Positions 1-9,110 of a stretch of 64,000 bases of DNA are shown one piece after another. A model generated the notes under the pieces. That model did not search any database, was not told the DNA's origin, and saw only the letters and a program-made list of their open reading frames with translations. How positions within the stretch are numbered: the first letter of the stretch is position 1; every line of letters begins with the position of its first letter. A program made the position numbers and the translations under genes. The stretch is from Myxococcota bacterium. Lineage in GTDB: Bacteria; Myxococcota_A; UBA796; GCA-2862545. The stretch covers positions 23,080-87,079 of the forward strand of contig JBCCQY010000017.1 in NCBI GenBank assembly GCA_039208735.1, read 5' to 3'.

Positions 1-2
1 GT

Positions 3-305
3 CGAGCCTTCGCCGAAGAGGTGCTTGCCCGGCACGGCGAAGCCATCGACACCCTTTCGGTCACCGACGCCTTGCAGACCATCGAGGCGCCCGTCGCGAT
101 GCTCCATGGCTCCAACGATCCCGTCATTCCCAGCAGCGAATCTACTTTCATGTACGAGGCCCTACGTCGTCAAGGCAAGGCCACGCGGCTGTGCATCACC
201 CGCCTGCTCGACCATGGAAACGTCACCGCCAAGGGCCGCAGCCTGCTCGATCTTCCCAAACTCATGAGTACGTTTGGGTTCTGGTTCAGTGGGCTACGCC
301 GTTAG
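3..305 (+). CDS. Alpha/beta hydrolase, C-terminal part (5' end outside window)
   Basis: Frame is open from the window edge; contains LHGSNDPVIP (catalytic Asp motif) and a downstream LLDHG His. Confidence 0.6.
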   Translation, partial: RAFAEEVLARHGEAIDTLSVTDALQTIEAPVAMLHGSNDPVIPSSESTFMYEALRRQGKATRLCITRLLDHGNVTAKGRSLLDLPKLMSTFGFWFSGLRR

Positions 306-314
306 AACGCTTCG

Positions 315-1175
315 ATGATCGGGGTCTACGATTCGGGATTCGGCGGGCTTACCGTGCTCCGGGAACTCGTTCGGGTGCTGCCCGAGCGCAGCTTTCTGTA
401 CCTGGGTGACAACGGGCGAGCGCCCTACGGCGGACGTGACGTCCACACGGTGATCGACTTCGCCGAGCAGTCCGTCGAACACCTCTTTGACGCCGGGTGC
501 CGGCTGGTCGTCGTGGCCTGCAACACCGTGAGTTGTGTCGCGCTGCGCCACTTGCAGCAGCGCTACGCCCCGCCCGATGGATCCCGACGCGTGCTCGGCG
601 TGACGATTCCCGGCGCCGAGTTGGCCACCCAACAGAGCCGAGGTCACATCGGCATCCTTGCCACCCGACGGACCGTCGAGAGCCGAACCTATTGCGCCGA
701 GATCGCCAAACTCTCCGACCACCGCGTGACGCAGAGGTCAGCCCCCCTGCTCGCGCATGTGGTGGAGGAAGGATTCGAGTCCCACGACATCGCCCGGCTG
801 GCCTTGCAGGAGTACCTCGCCGACCTCACCCACATCGACACCTTGCTCCTTGGGTGCACCCACTACCCGTTGCTCAGACCGTTGATCGAGGCGGTGCTCC
901 CAGACGATGTCTCCATCGTCGACCCGGGACCCTACGTGGCGACCGCCCTACGGTCTTGGCTCGACCGTCACCCCTCGTTCGACACGCCGGATGAGACGGG
1001 CTCCCTGCGGATGCTCACCAGCGGTTCGGCGAGTGACTTCACCCGGCTCGGTGTCCGCTTTTTTGGCGGACCGTTGCCCGAGCCCGAGCCGCTCACGGAA
1101 CAGGACGGGCGACTGGTGGTTCGCGGAGAGGCCCCTCCGCTACGCGGTCAGGTCGTGCGGCCCTCGCGGCGCTAA
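315..1175 (+). CDS. murI: Glutamate racemase
   Basis: IGVYDSGFGGLTV, PYG, VACNT and LGCTHYP motifs. Confidence 0.95.
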   Translation: MIGVYDSGFGGLTVLRELVRVLPERSFLYLGDNGRAPYGGRDVHTVIDFAEQSVEHLFDAGCRLVVVACNTVSCVALRHLQQRYAPPDGSRRVLGVTIPGAELATQQSRGHIGILATRRTVESRTYCAEIAKLSDHRVTQRSAPLLAHVVEEGFESHDIARLALQEYLADLTHIDTLLLGCTHYPLLRPLIEAVLPDDVSIVDPGPYVATALRSWLDRHPSFDTPDETGSLRMLTSGSASDFTRLGVRFFGGPLPEPEPLTEQDGRLVVRGEAPPLRGQVVRPSRR

Positions 1176-1552
1176 AGCCCCGCAGAGGCAAGCCACCAGC
1201 GACCGGCGGCCACTGCGGCTACGATCTGGACCGAGAGCACGACAAGCATGGGGGCATCGGGCGTCACGGGCAACGCGACCCCCGCCGACCACAGGACCAA
1301 CGTGGTGAGCGGAATGAGCGGCATGGCCGATACGATCAGGGCGAAAGGCCGGACGTTTCGGGCGATCGCGACCGCGGCGGACAGGTAAAGGAGGCCTCCG
1401 AGAATCGCACCGACGTGCTTCGGCACCCACTCGAAGAGCAGCGGCTGGGCCCAATCGAGGACCACGATGAGAGCGCACGCTGCGATGGCGACCTGCTGCG
1501 TCAACAGCCGCCCATCAACCTTCGTCGCGGAAGTTCTTCTCGGCTTCGGCAA
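1172..1552 (-). CDS. Small membrane protein (about 4 TM helices); start may be the TTG at 1504
   Basis: Hydrophobic ORF filling the gap between murI and the next minus-strand gene. Confidence 0.6.
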   Translation of the reverse strand: MPKPRRTSATKVDGRLLTQQVAIAACALIVVLDWAQPLLFEWVPKHVGAILGGLLYLSAAVAIARNVRPFALIVSAMPLIPLTTLVLWSAGVALPVTPDAPMLVVLSVQIVAAVAAGRWWLASAGL

Positions 1553-2012
1553 TGCGCTCGACCAACTCGTTCAATTCCGCTTTATCGACGCCTTTGCCTA
1601 CGCGCAGCTCGCTACCCGACTGGCCCTTCACGACGACTTCATCGTCGATCACGTCGGCGCTTGCGTAGTCTGTCCAGGCGATCCGCCGCTTCGCCGGTCC
1701 CACCAGAAAGCCCATGACCAGTCGTTCGTCTTCGACGAGCAACTTGCTGTGAGTCACGCGGACGCGGGTCACCCCGCCGAACTGGTTCGCGACCATGAGC
1801 ACGCCCACGAGCAGGAGCGGGACCCCTACACACCACCACCCCGGCTGGGTAACGATTGCAGCGATCGCGCCGCCGGCCACGAGCAGGCCAAGACCAAGTC
1901 CCAGGGGGCTCGGAGGATATGGGGTCTGAATGCCGTCGCGCGTCAGTGCCATGGCGCGCATCATAACCCTGGTCAACAGGGCCTGGTTTCGTCCGCCGGT
2001 CAATCGATCCAC
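1515..2012 (-). CDS. Membrane protein: two TM helices followed by a small beta-rich (bPH-like) domain
   Basis: Helical hairpin then RRIAWTDYASADV...ELRVG pattern; start uncertain. Confidence 0.6.
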   Translation of the reverse strand: MDRLTGGRNQALLTRVMMRAMALTRDGIQTPYPPSPLGLGLGLLVAGGAIAAIVTQPGWWCVGVPLLLVGVLMVANQFGGVTRVRVTHSKLLVEDERLVMGFLVGPAKRRIAWTDYASADVIDDEVVVKGQSGSELRVGKGVDKAELNELVERIAEAEKNFRDEG

Positions 2013-2045
2013 ACGCTACGAGATCGGGTTCGTACGAGGGAGCGC

Positions 2046-3884
2046 ATGAATCTCGAGACTCGAGCTGCCGAATTGCCGACCACGGCGGGCGTATACCTGT
2101 TCAAGGATCGGCGCGGGACCGTGATTTACGTGGGCAAGGCGGTCAATCTGCGCTCTCGCGTGCGTCAGTACATCTCGCTGTCCGACGAACGGCACATGGT
2201 GCCCTTCTTGGTGCGGGCTGCGGCCGATGTCGAGGTGGTGGTCACCCATACCGAAAAAGAGGCATTGCTTCTCGAGAACACGCTCATCAAGAAGCACCGT
2301 CCACGCTTCAACGTGAAGCTTCGAGACGACAAGAACTTCTTGCATCTGCGCATCGACACTCGAAAGGAGTGGCCTCGGTACGAGCTTGTGCGTCGCATCA
2401 AAAACGATGGCGCACGGTACTTCGGCCCCTACCACTCCGCCTCGAAGGCCCGACAAACCTTGGCCTTCCTCCAGCGTGCGTTTCCGCTTCGCACCTGCAC
2501 CGATGCGGTCCTTCGCTCCCGACGGCGTCCCTGCCTGCTTCATCAGATGGGTCGATGCGTAGCTCCGTGCGTCGATCTCACGAACGAAGCGGAGTACACG
2601 AGCATCATCGAGGGTTCCATGGCGATGCTCGAAGGCCGCAAGAGGCCCGCCGTGAAGCACCTCAAGGCCCGCATGACGGCTGCAGCCGAGGCCGAGGAGT
2701 TCGAGAAGGCGGCCCGGTTGCGCGACCTCGTCTTCAGCATCGAATCGAGCCTCGAGCGCCAAGATGTCGTCGACACGGGTCTCGGGGAGCGCGATGTGTG
2801 GGGGCTTTTCATCGAGGGCAACCAAGGTGCTGTCGCCATCATCCCCGTGCGCGAAGGGGTGATGGGCGAGCCGCGATCGTCGTTGATCGAAATCGCGGAC
2901 GAGCCGGCCGATCTGCTTTCCACGTTGCTGAACACGGCCTACCAAGGCGACACACCGGTGCCCGCCGAGATCTTGGTGCCCGTGTTGCCGACCGACCACG
3001 GAGCCCTTGAGGAAGTGCTGACCGAACGTCGCGGTCGACGGGTTCATTTGCGGCAACCGCAGCGAGGCGACAAGGTTCGGCTCATCGAGCTGGCCAAAGA
3101 GAACGCCCGCGTGCGCTACCTCCGCGAGACCGATGAGCAGGAGCGACACGCCCAAGCGATGCAGCAGCTCGCCGAGGTTCTCGAGTTGCCATCGCCGCCC
3201 GAACGGATGGAGTGCTTCGACAACTCGAACCTTCAGGGGAGCCATCCGGTCGCCGCGATGTCGGTGTTCATCGACGGCAAACCGGCGCGGCGGGAGTACC
3301 GGCGCTACCGCATCAAGACCGTGGTGGGTCCCGACGACTACGCAAGCATGCGCGAGATCCTCGAACGCCGGTTCCGAAGGGCCCTCAAGGATGGCGTGTT
3401 TCCCGACCTTCTGGTGGTCGATGGGGGCAAGGGCCAAGTCGCGGTTGCGGTCGCCGTGCTGCAAGATCTCGGGCTTCATGAGCAGGCGGTGTGTGGCATC
3501 GCCAAGCCCCGCACCGAACGGGCCGGCGGCGACCGACACGCCACCGACAAGATTGTGCTGCCCCACCGCAAGGACCTCATCAAGCTGCCGCGCAGCCATC
3601 CTGCTTTGCGCATTCTCCAGCACATCCGCGACGAGGTGCACGACACGGCCGTACGCTACCACCGCAAGGTGCGGCAGCAGGCGAACCTCGGCTCGGTGCT
3701 GCAGGAGATTCCCGGGGTGGGTGAAAAGCGACGTTTGGCACTGCTGAAGCACCTAGGCTCGGCCAATGGGGTGGCCGACGCGACGGTGGACCAATTGGCC
3801 GACGTGCCGGGAATTGGACGGGCGCTAGCCGAGCAAATCCACGGGCTGCTCAATCCCGGTGCCACAGAAAGCACAAGCCCCTAG
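2046..3884 (+). CDS. uvrC: Excinuclease ABC subunit C
   Basis: GIY-YIG (GVYLFKD..IYVGKA), Cys cluster, UVR domain, ECFDNS, VDGGKGQ, C-terminal HhH; ATG at 2046. Confidence 0.97.
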   Translation: MNLETRAAELPTTAGVYLFKDRRGTVIYVGKAVNLRSRVRQYISLSDERHMVPFLVRAAADVEVVVTHTEKEALLLENTLIKKHRPRFNVKLRDDKNFLHLRIDTRKEWPRYELVRRIKNDGARYFGPYHSASKARQTLAFLQRAFPLRTCTDAVLRSRRRPCLLHQMGRCVAPCVDLTNEAEYTSIIEGSMAMLEGRKRPAVKHLKARMTAAAEAEEFEKAARLRDLVFSIESSLERQDVVDTGLGERDVWGLFIEGNQGAVAIIPVREGVMGEPRSSLIEIADEPADLLSTLLNTAYQGDTPVPAEILVPVLPTDHGALEEVLTERRGRRVHLRQPQRGDKVRLIELAKENARVRYLRETDEQERHAQAMQQLAEVLELPSPPERMECFDNSNLQGSHPVAAMSVFIDGKPARREYRRYRIKTVVGPDDYASMREILERRFRRALKDGVFPDLLVVDGGKGQVAVAVAVLQDLGLHEQAVCGIAKPRTERAGGDRHATDKIVLPHRKDLIKLPRSHPALRILQHIRDEVHDTAVRYHRKVRQQANLGSVLQEIPGVGEKRRLALLKHLGSANGVADATVDQLADVPGIGRALAEQIHGLLNPGATESTSP

Positions 3885-3895
3885 GAACATGCTGG

Positions 3896-4024
3896 TCAAA
3901 AGCCGAACATGCCGTTGTCGTTGGCAAGGCCTTGGGTTGGGATGGGCAAAATGCCGTCCCAGGGTTCCACGACCTTGCCATCTTCAAAACGGAGAAGGTC
4001 GTAGAACGCCGTGGGCGCAACCAC
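3896..4024 (-). pseudogene. 3' remnant of a SnoaL/NTF2-like (ester cyclase family) gene
   Basis: Translates VVAPTAFYDLLRFEDGKVVEPWDGILPIPTQGLANDNGMFGF*, like the family C-terminus (..YDLFR.EDGKI.EHWD..NGMF); an in-frame TGA lies just upstream. Confidence 0.65.
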
Positions 4025-4076
4025 GGCCGCCTTGTTTGCCCGTGGCCGATGAGCTCACCCGTCGGCCGAATCGCTC

Positions 4077-4427
4077 TTAGTCGACGCCCGTCAGACGGCA
4101 CGTACAGGTGATGGTGCCACCCCAGGGCAACGAACACCACTCGCAGTTGGCCACACAGCTCGAGTTAGGGTTGCAACCCCAGTGGCGGTAGGTTTCGGGC
4201 GCGGTGGCGATCGTGAAGTCGCCGCCATCGTCTTCGCAGGTGTCGACCACCCGCGAGGCGAAGTCGCGGTCCCGGATTCTGAAGTCGGCGTGCCTTCCGT
4301 CCAAATCTTCGCAGGTCTCGAAACGGGATCGCAGATCGCCGGCTTGTGCAGCGTCCGTCATGGAACTGAAGACAGCGCCGACCACCGCCAATACCGCCAG
4401 GCAAAGGAACAAACGTAGGGTTTTCAT
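4077..4427 (-). CDS. Small secreted Cys-rich protein
   Basis: Signal peptide MKTLRLFLCLAVLAVVG, GGAG RBS, 8 Cys in the mature part. Confidence 0.7.
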   Translation of the reverse strand: MKTLRLFLCLAVLAVVGAVFSSMTDAAQAGDLRSRFETCEDLDGRHADFRIRDRDFASRVVDTCEDDGGDFTIATAPETYRHWGCNPNSSCVANCEWCSLPWGGTITCTCRLTGVD

Positions 4428-4579
4428 GAGATCTCCAGACGACCGGCTTGGGTTTCGGTCGATGGAGCCAGACGCAAGTTCCGCGCCAACTTGGCGACGC
4501 CCTGTTTAGCTACGTCGACGGCTCGGAATCGACGCTCGAAATGCGCGCTGCGGTCGCGCGCGCGCGAGCCGCGCAGGCG

Positions 4580-5599
4580 TCAGTTGACCCACCACAAGGC
4601 CATCATCACGAGAACGAGCAGGCCGATGGCAACCCCGGCCCCGATGAGGCTCCCAAACCCGACCGCAGCGGCCCCCGTCCACCAAGGCGGCGACCGATGC
4701 GGAGGCTGCACCCGACGCGCGGGCTCGGGAGCGGGTGTGCGCTTGCGACGCGAGAACACCTCGGTCTGAACGTCCGCTGGCGACCACACCTGTTCGAGCA
4801 ACGCCGCTGCGTGCCGGGGACGGTCTTCGGGATCAACCGAAAGGGCAGTGCGGATCGCTCGAGCCACTTCGGGCGGGACGTCGGGATCGGATCCCGGGTC
4901 ATCGAACTCTCCGTTGCACACCGCATTGAAGACCGAGAGCATGTCGGGCTGCGGAAACGCCACCCGACGGCAGTAGATCTCGTAGAGCACACAGCCAAGC
5001 GAAAACACATCGGCCCGTGCATCGACGTGTTTAGCCGATCGAATCTGCTCGGGCGCCATGTAGCGCGGCGTTCCCAGCGCGTGGCCGGTTCTCGTGTGGG
5101 AAGGGCGCTGCGGATCCCCCACCATCTTGGCCAGCCCAAAGTCGGCGATCCGCGGCACCGGAGGCCGGCCGTCGCGCAAGTCGAGCAACACGTTGGCGGG
5201 TTTGAGATCGCGATGCACCAGCCCGCGTCCGTGGGCGTGGGCCATGCCGCTAACGATCCCCTCTGCCAGCTGGTGGCGCACCTCGAAAGGCACCGGTCCA
5301 CGCTGGGAAAGCCAGCGTTCGAGAGAGGGACCGGCCACCCAGTCCATGACCAGGCCCATCCGGGTGTCCACCTCGACGACGTCGAACACCCGCACCAGGT
5401 TGGGATGATCGAGCTTGGCCATCAGTTCGCCCTCGCGGCGCATCCGCATCAACACCTCGGGATGCCGCAGCGAGAGCACCTTCAGTGCGAATCGTCGGGA
5501 CCGGCCTGCTTTGCGGACCCGATACACCACCGAGGTGCTTCCCACCCCGATCTCAGCCTCAATCACGTAGCCATCGATTGTGGCACCGGGCTCGAGCAC
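4580..5599 (-). CDS. Ser/Thr protein kinase with C-terminal TM anchor
   Basis: IGVGSTSVVY, FALK, HRDLKPAN, DFG, GTPRYMAPE; probable GTG start at 5599. Confidence 0.9.
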   Translation of the reverse strand: MLEPGATIDGYVIEAEIGVGSTSVVYRVRKAGRSRRFALKVLSLRHPEVLMRMRREGELMAKLDHPNLVRVFDVVEVDTRMGLVMDWVAGPSLERWLSQRGPVPFEVRHQLAEGIVSGMAHAHGRGLVHRDLKPANVLLDLRDGRPPVPRIADFGLAKMVGDPQRPSHTRTGHALGTPRYMAPEQIRSAKHVDARADVFSLGCVLYEIYCRRVAFPQPDMLSVFNAVCNGEFDDPGSDPDVPPEVARAIRTALSVDPEDRPRHAAALLEQVWSPADVQTEVFSRRKRTPAPEPARRVQPPHRSPPWWTGAAAVGFGSLIGAGVAIGLLVLVMMALWWVN

Positions 5600-5687
5600 G
5601 TCCACCCCCGGTCTCAGCTCGACTCCGCCGAATGGCACGCCGAGCGGCCCTAGGCCAGGCGCGCGAGCCTCAAAGTAACGGTCATGA

Positions 5688-8600
5688 ATGGAGACCTCGA
5701 CGCCCCGACCCGAGTATGCTCCAAGGGTGCAAGGTCTCCGGGTCGGTTCGTTCACCCTCGAGGGTCCCATCGCGTCCGGTGGAATGGGCGAGGTGTGGCG
5801 TGCCGTCCATCGGTCCTCGACCCCCGTGGCCCTGAAGATCATCAGCGCCAACGCGGAGCGCGGACTCGATCCGGTTGGCGCGCTTCAGGCCGAGATCCGC
5901 GCCGTGGCCGCCCTGCAGCACCCCAACATCGTGCCCGTCTTCGATGCGGGGGTGTTGGGGCCCGAGCATGAGGGCATGAGCGGCGGCAAGCTCGTGGCGG
6001 GCAGCCCTTGGCTTGCGATGGAATTGGCCCAAGGGAGTGCCCACGATCTCCAAGAAGAGATGGACTGGGGCCTCCTCGTCTCGATGCTCGTGCAGGTGCT
6101 CGATGGGCTGGCTCACGCCCATGCTCGCGGGGTGATCCACCGCGATCTGAAGCCCGCGAACGTCCTGTTTACGCGGATCGACGGCCGGGTGCGGGTGCTT
6201 TTGGCCGACTTTGGTTTGGCATGGGCATGGCGCCGTACGTCGGAGCCCCTCGATGGCGGCACTGCAGCGTATTCAGCCCCTGAACAGCTGATTCGTCAGC
6301 TATCGGAACAAGGTCCCTGGACCGATCTCTACTCGCTCGGCTGCACCGCATTCCGCCTCGTCGCAGGACGCCGACCCTTCAGAGGCCAGACCGCCGACGA
6401 ACTCCAGCGCGCCCACCTCTTCAGCCCAATCCCGAAACTCACCCCTCGCTTTCCCGTGCCGCAAGGCTTTGCAACGTGGCTCGAAGGGATGATGGCGAAG
6501 GACCCACGGGAACGGTTCCAGCGCGCCGCCGACGCTGCATGGTCCCTGATGCAGCTCCCGGCTCCCGCCTCCGAGAACATCGACGAAGAGGACGACGCCG
6601 ACACGGTCTCGGTGTTGCACTCGGACCGTGAACGCACCCGCACATTGCCCGTCGAGGCGTGGCGTTCGGTGGCCCCGCGGCGTTCGGAGCCTGCCCTCGC
6701 CGCGGCCCAAACGCGAGCCCCGGTGCCGCGCGACTGGGTGCGCCCACATCACGATCAGCCTCGCGTCGGGGCCCGTGGGCTCGGATTGTTCGGGCTCTTC
6801 GACTGTCCGCTGGTGGCGCGCAACGACGAACGGGATCAGCTGTGGCGAGCGCTCGTCGGGGGCACGCAGTTGGCGTTGGCCGTGGTCACGGGCCCGGAAG
6901 GCATTGGTAAATCACGGCTCGGCGCCTGGCTTTGCGAACGGGCCCACGAGATTGGCGCGGCCGAGGTGTTCCGCGCGTCCTTCTCGCGCGACAACGCCGG
7001 CGTGCCACGAGGACTCCCCGCGCTGGTGGAAGAGCCACTGCGGACCCACGGGCTCGACGGGCAAGACCTGCTTTCGCACCTGCAGACGATGGTGAAGAAC
7101 GACCATCAGTACGCCGACATCGACCCGGCAGCGTTGGCTCGGTTGCTGCGTCCCCAGGATGACGCGCTGCCGGTGAAGTCACTGCCCCTCGACGACCGGG
7201 TCGCCCTGACCTACCGCCTCATCCGGCGTCGCCTGGATCAGCGGCGGCTCTTGATCTGGCTTGACGACGTCGGCGACTCCACCTCGGCCCTCGCGCTGGT
7301 GCGCTACCTGTCCCGGCATGCGGCAAAGGTTCCTGGCCTGGTGCTCATCAGCCTCCGCTCTCCTATGCCCAAGGTGACGCGGAACAAACTGAATCCGCTG
7401 TATTCGCAGCTTGAAGGGTTGCATCTAGAGCTGCCTCCGCTGTCCCAACCCGAAGCCCAGGATCTGGTTCGTGGACTCCTGCCGGTGCCTAGCGAACTGG
7501 CGAGCCGAATCGCCGAGGCCTCGAAAGGGCATCCGCGGTCGGCGATGAACATCGTCAATGGGTTGGTGCAACGCGGACAGCTGCGAGGCGATGCGACCGG
7601 CGTGGTGATCGACCCTTCCGTGCCTCTGCCCGATTCGCTGGGCTCGCTTTATGAGGGCGCACTTCAGCAGGTAAAAACCCTGGGTCCCTCGGGCCGGACC
7701 GCGCTTGAATTGGCCGCCGTGTTGGGCTCCAACGTGGCGGTTCCCGAGTGGCGCAACGCGTGTCGTCTTCTTGGTGTGGAACTCAATCCGCAACTGCTCG
7801 CGCTCATCGTCACGCGGGGGTTCATCGCGCCAACCCGTGGAGGGCGATACCGGTTTGGCCAGGGCGTGTTGCGCGATGCCTTGATCGACGCGGCAGGACG
7901 CGAGGGCCGGGCCGCGATGCTGCATGAGATCTGCGGCCAAGTGCTCGCGAGCGGGGGCAACTCCTTGGCCGCCCGGGCCGGCGAGCACTTCGAATCCGCC
8001 AACCGCCCGGATCTCGCGGCCGAAGCCTATCTGAAGGCCATGCGATGGTTGTCTGGCTGGGACCGTGAAAAGGCGCTCGAACATGGCACGCGGTGGTACG
8101 CCTGCCTGGGTCGGGTGGCGGGTGAAGGCGACCCTCGCTGGGCCTCGGGGATGCAGGTGCTTGTCGAGTTGTTGGGCGTGCAAGGGGGCGATGCCCACCA
8201 GCGAGCCACCGCGGAGCTGTTGGAACGAGGGCGCGGCGACCCCACGGCCGAGACCCGAGCCCTCATCGAACTGTCCTATGCCGACCTGCGAGCCCAGGAA
8301 TTGGACCGGGCCTCCGCGCGGGCGGAGCTGGCGTGGCACAAGTCGGCGGGGACCGAGCTGCGGGGCGATGCGGCGGTGGCCCGGGCCGAGGTGCGTCGTC
8401 ATCGCGGGGAGTTCGCCCAAGCCGAACAGATCCTGCGCGAAGTGCTCGAAGACGACAGCGATGCGGCCGTGGTCACGCTCGCGCTTGCCCGGGTGTTGTG
8501 TGACGACGGACGGGGTCGCGAAGCCCTCACCATCCTCGATGGCTGGGCGGATCGCTCGACCGTCACGAGTGCTCCCATGACCCGGGCTCGGCTCCAGCGA

Positions 8601-9050
8601 GCACGCGGACGAGCGTTGTTTGTGCTCGGCCATCGCGAGCAGGCGGTGCAGGTCTTCGAAGAGGCTTGTGAGCTGCGGGACCGCGCGGGCTTCGATTGGC
8701 CGATGCTCGACCTCGACCTCGCCACCGCAGTGGCCGAGACACAGCCCAAACGGGCCATGCGACTGCTCGAGCACGCGCTCGGTCGGTTGGACGCGACCCA
8801 CGATGCCCGGTCGCGTTCCGATGCGTTGGCCATGCTCGCCTGGATGCACGCGACGGCGGCCGACTGGGAGGCTGTCGAGGACTGCATCGATGGTCTCGAA
8901 GATTTGCCGCAACGAGGCCGCAAGCCCGAGACCTTGTCACGGCTCCTCGAACTTGCAGATCTAGCCCAGGCTTCCGGTGAGTTGTTGCTCGCCCGACGCG
9001 CCAAGCGCTGGGTTCGAGGCGAAGCGCACACCACGCCGCTGCCTCACTGA
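5688..9050 (+). CDS. Ser/Thr kinase - P-loop (STAND-like) ATPase - TPR-like fusion
   Basis: GGMGEVW, HRDLKPAN, DFG; Walker A GPEGIGKS, Walker B WLDD; helical repeat C-terminus. Confidence 0.9.
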   Translation: METSTPRPEYAPRVQGLRVGSFTLEGPIASGGMGEVWRAVHRSSTPVALKIISANAERGLDPVGALQAEIRAVAALQHPNIVPVFDAGVLGPEHEGMSGGKLVAGSPWLAMELAQGSAHDLQEEMDWGLLVSMLVQVLDGLAHAHARGVIHRDLKPANVLFTRIDGRVRVLLADFGLAWAWRRTSEPLDGGTAAYSAPEQLIRQLSEQGPWTDLYSLGCTAFRLVAGRRPFRGQTADELQRAHLFSPIPKLTPRFPVPQGFATWLEGMMAKDPRERFQRAADAAWSLMQLPAPASENIDEEDDADTVSVLHSDRERTRTLPVEAWRSVAPRRSEPALAAAQTRAPVPRDWVRPHHDQPRVGARGLGLFGLFDCPLVARNDERDQLWRALVGGTQLALAVVTGPEGIGKSRLGAWLCERAHEIGAAEVFRASFSRDNAGVPRGLPALVEEPLRTHGLDGQDLLSHLQTMVKNDHQYADIDPAALARLLRPQDDALPVKSLPLDDRVALTYRLIRRRLDQRRLLIWLDDVGDSTSALALVRYLSRHAAKVPGLVLISLRSPMPKVTRNKLNPLYSQLEGLHLELPPLSQPEAQDLVRGLLPVPSELASRIAEASKGHPRSAMNIVNGLVQRGQLRGDATGVVIDPSVPLPDSLGSLYEGALQQVKTLGPSGRTALELAAVLGSNVAVPEWRNACRLLGVELNPQLLALIVTRGFIAPTRGGRYRFGQGVLRDALIDAAGREGRAAMLHEICGQVLASGGNSLAARAGEHFESANRPDLAAEAYLKAMRWLSGWDREKALEHGTRWYACLGRVAGEGDPRWASGMQVLVELLGVQGGDAHQRATAELLERGRGDPTAETRALIELSYADLRAQELDRASARAELAWHKSAGTELRGDAAVARAEVRRHRGEFAQAEQILREVLEDDSDAAVVTLALARVLCDDGRGREALTILDGWADRSTVTSAPMTRARLQRARGRALFVLGHREQAVQVFEEACELRDRAGFDWPMLDLDLATAVAETQPKRAMRLLEHALGRLDATHDARSRSDALAMLAWMHATAADWEAVEDCIDGLEDLPQRGRKPETLSRLLELADLAQASGELLLARRAKRWVRGEAHTTPLPH

Positions 9051-9110
9051 CCGAAGCGCACGGGTCACCTTTGCGTCGCCGTCGCCGTCGTCCACCACTG
9101 CAGGGAGGGC

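Noticed and set aside
1467..2045. N-terminal extension of the 805-aa uvrC ORF
   Set aside because: Antisense shadow of the 1515..2012 gene; UvrC homology starts at ATG 2046
2016..3752. Long antisense ORFs (also 7425..8912, 17360..19108, 27204..28391 and others)
   Set aside because: Typical high-GC shadows of well-supported genes; no motifs
3885..4076. Several hairpins suggesting an ncRNA or riboswitch
   Set aside because: No riboswitch consensus, the region lies between convergent genes, and the SnoaL-like coding remnant explains it better
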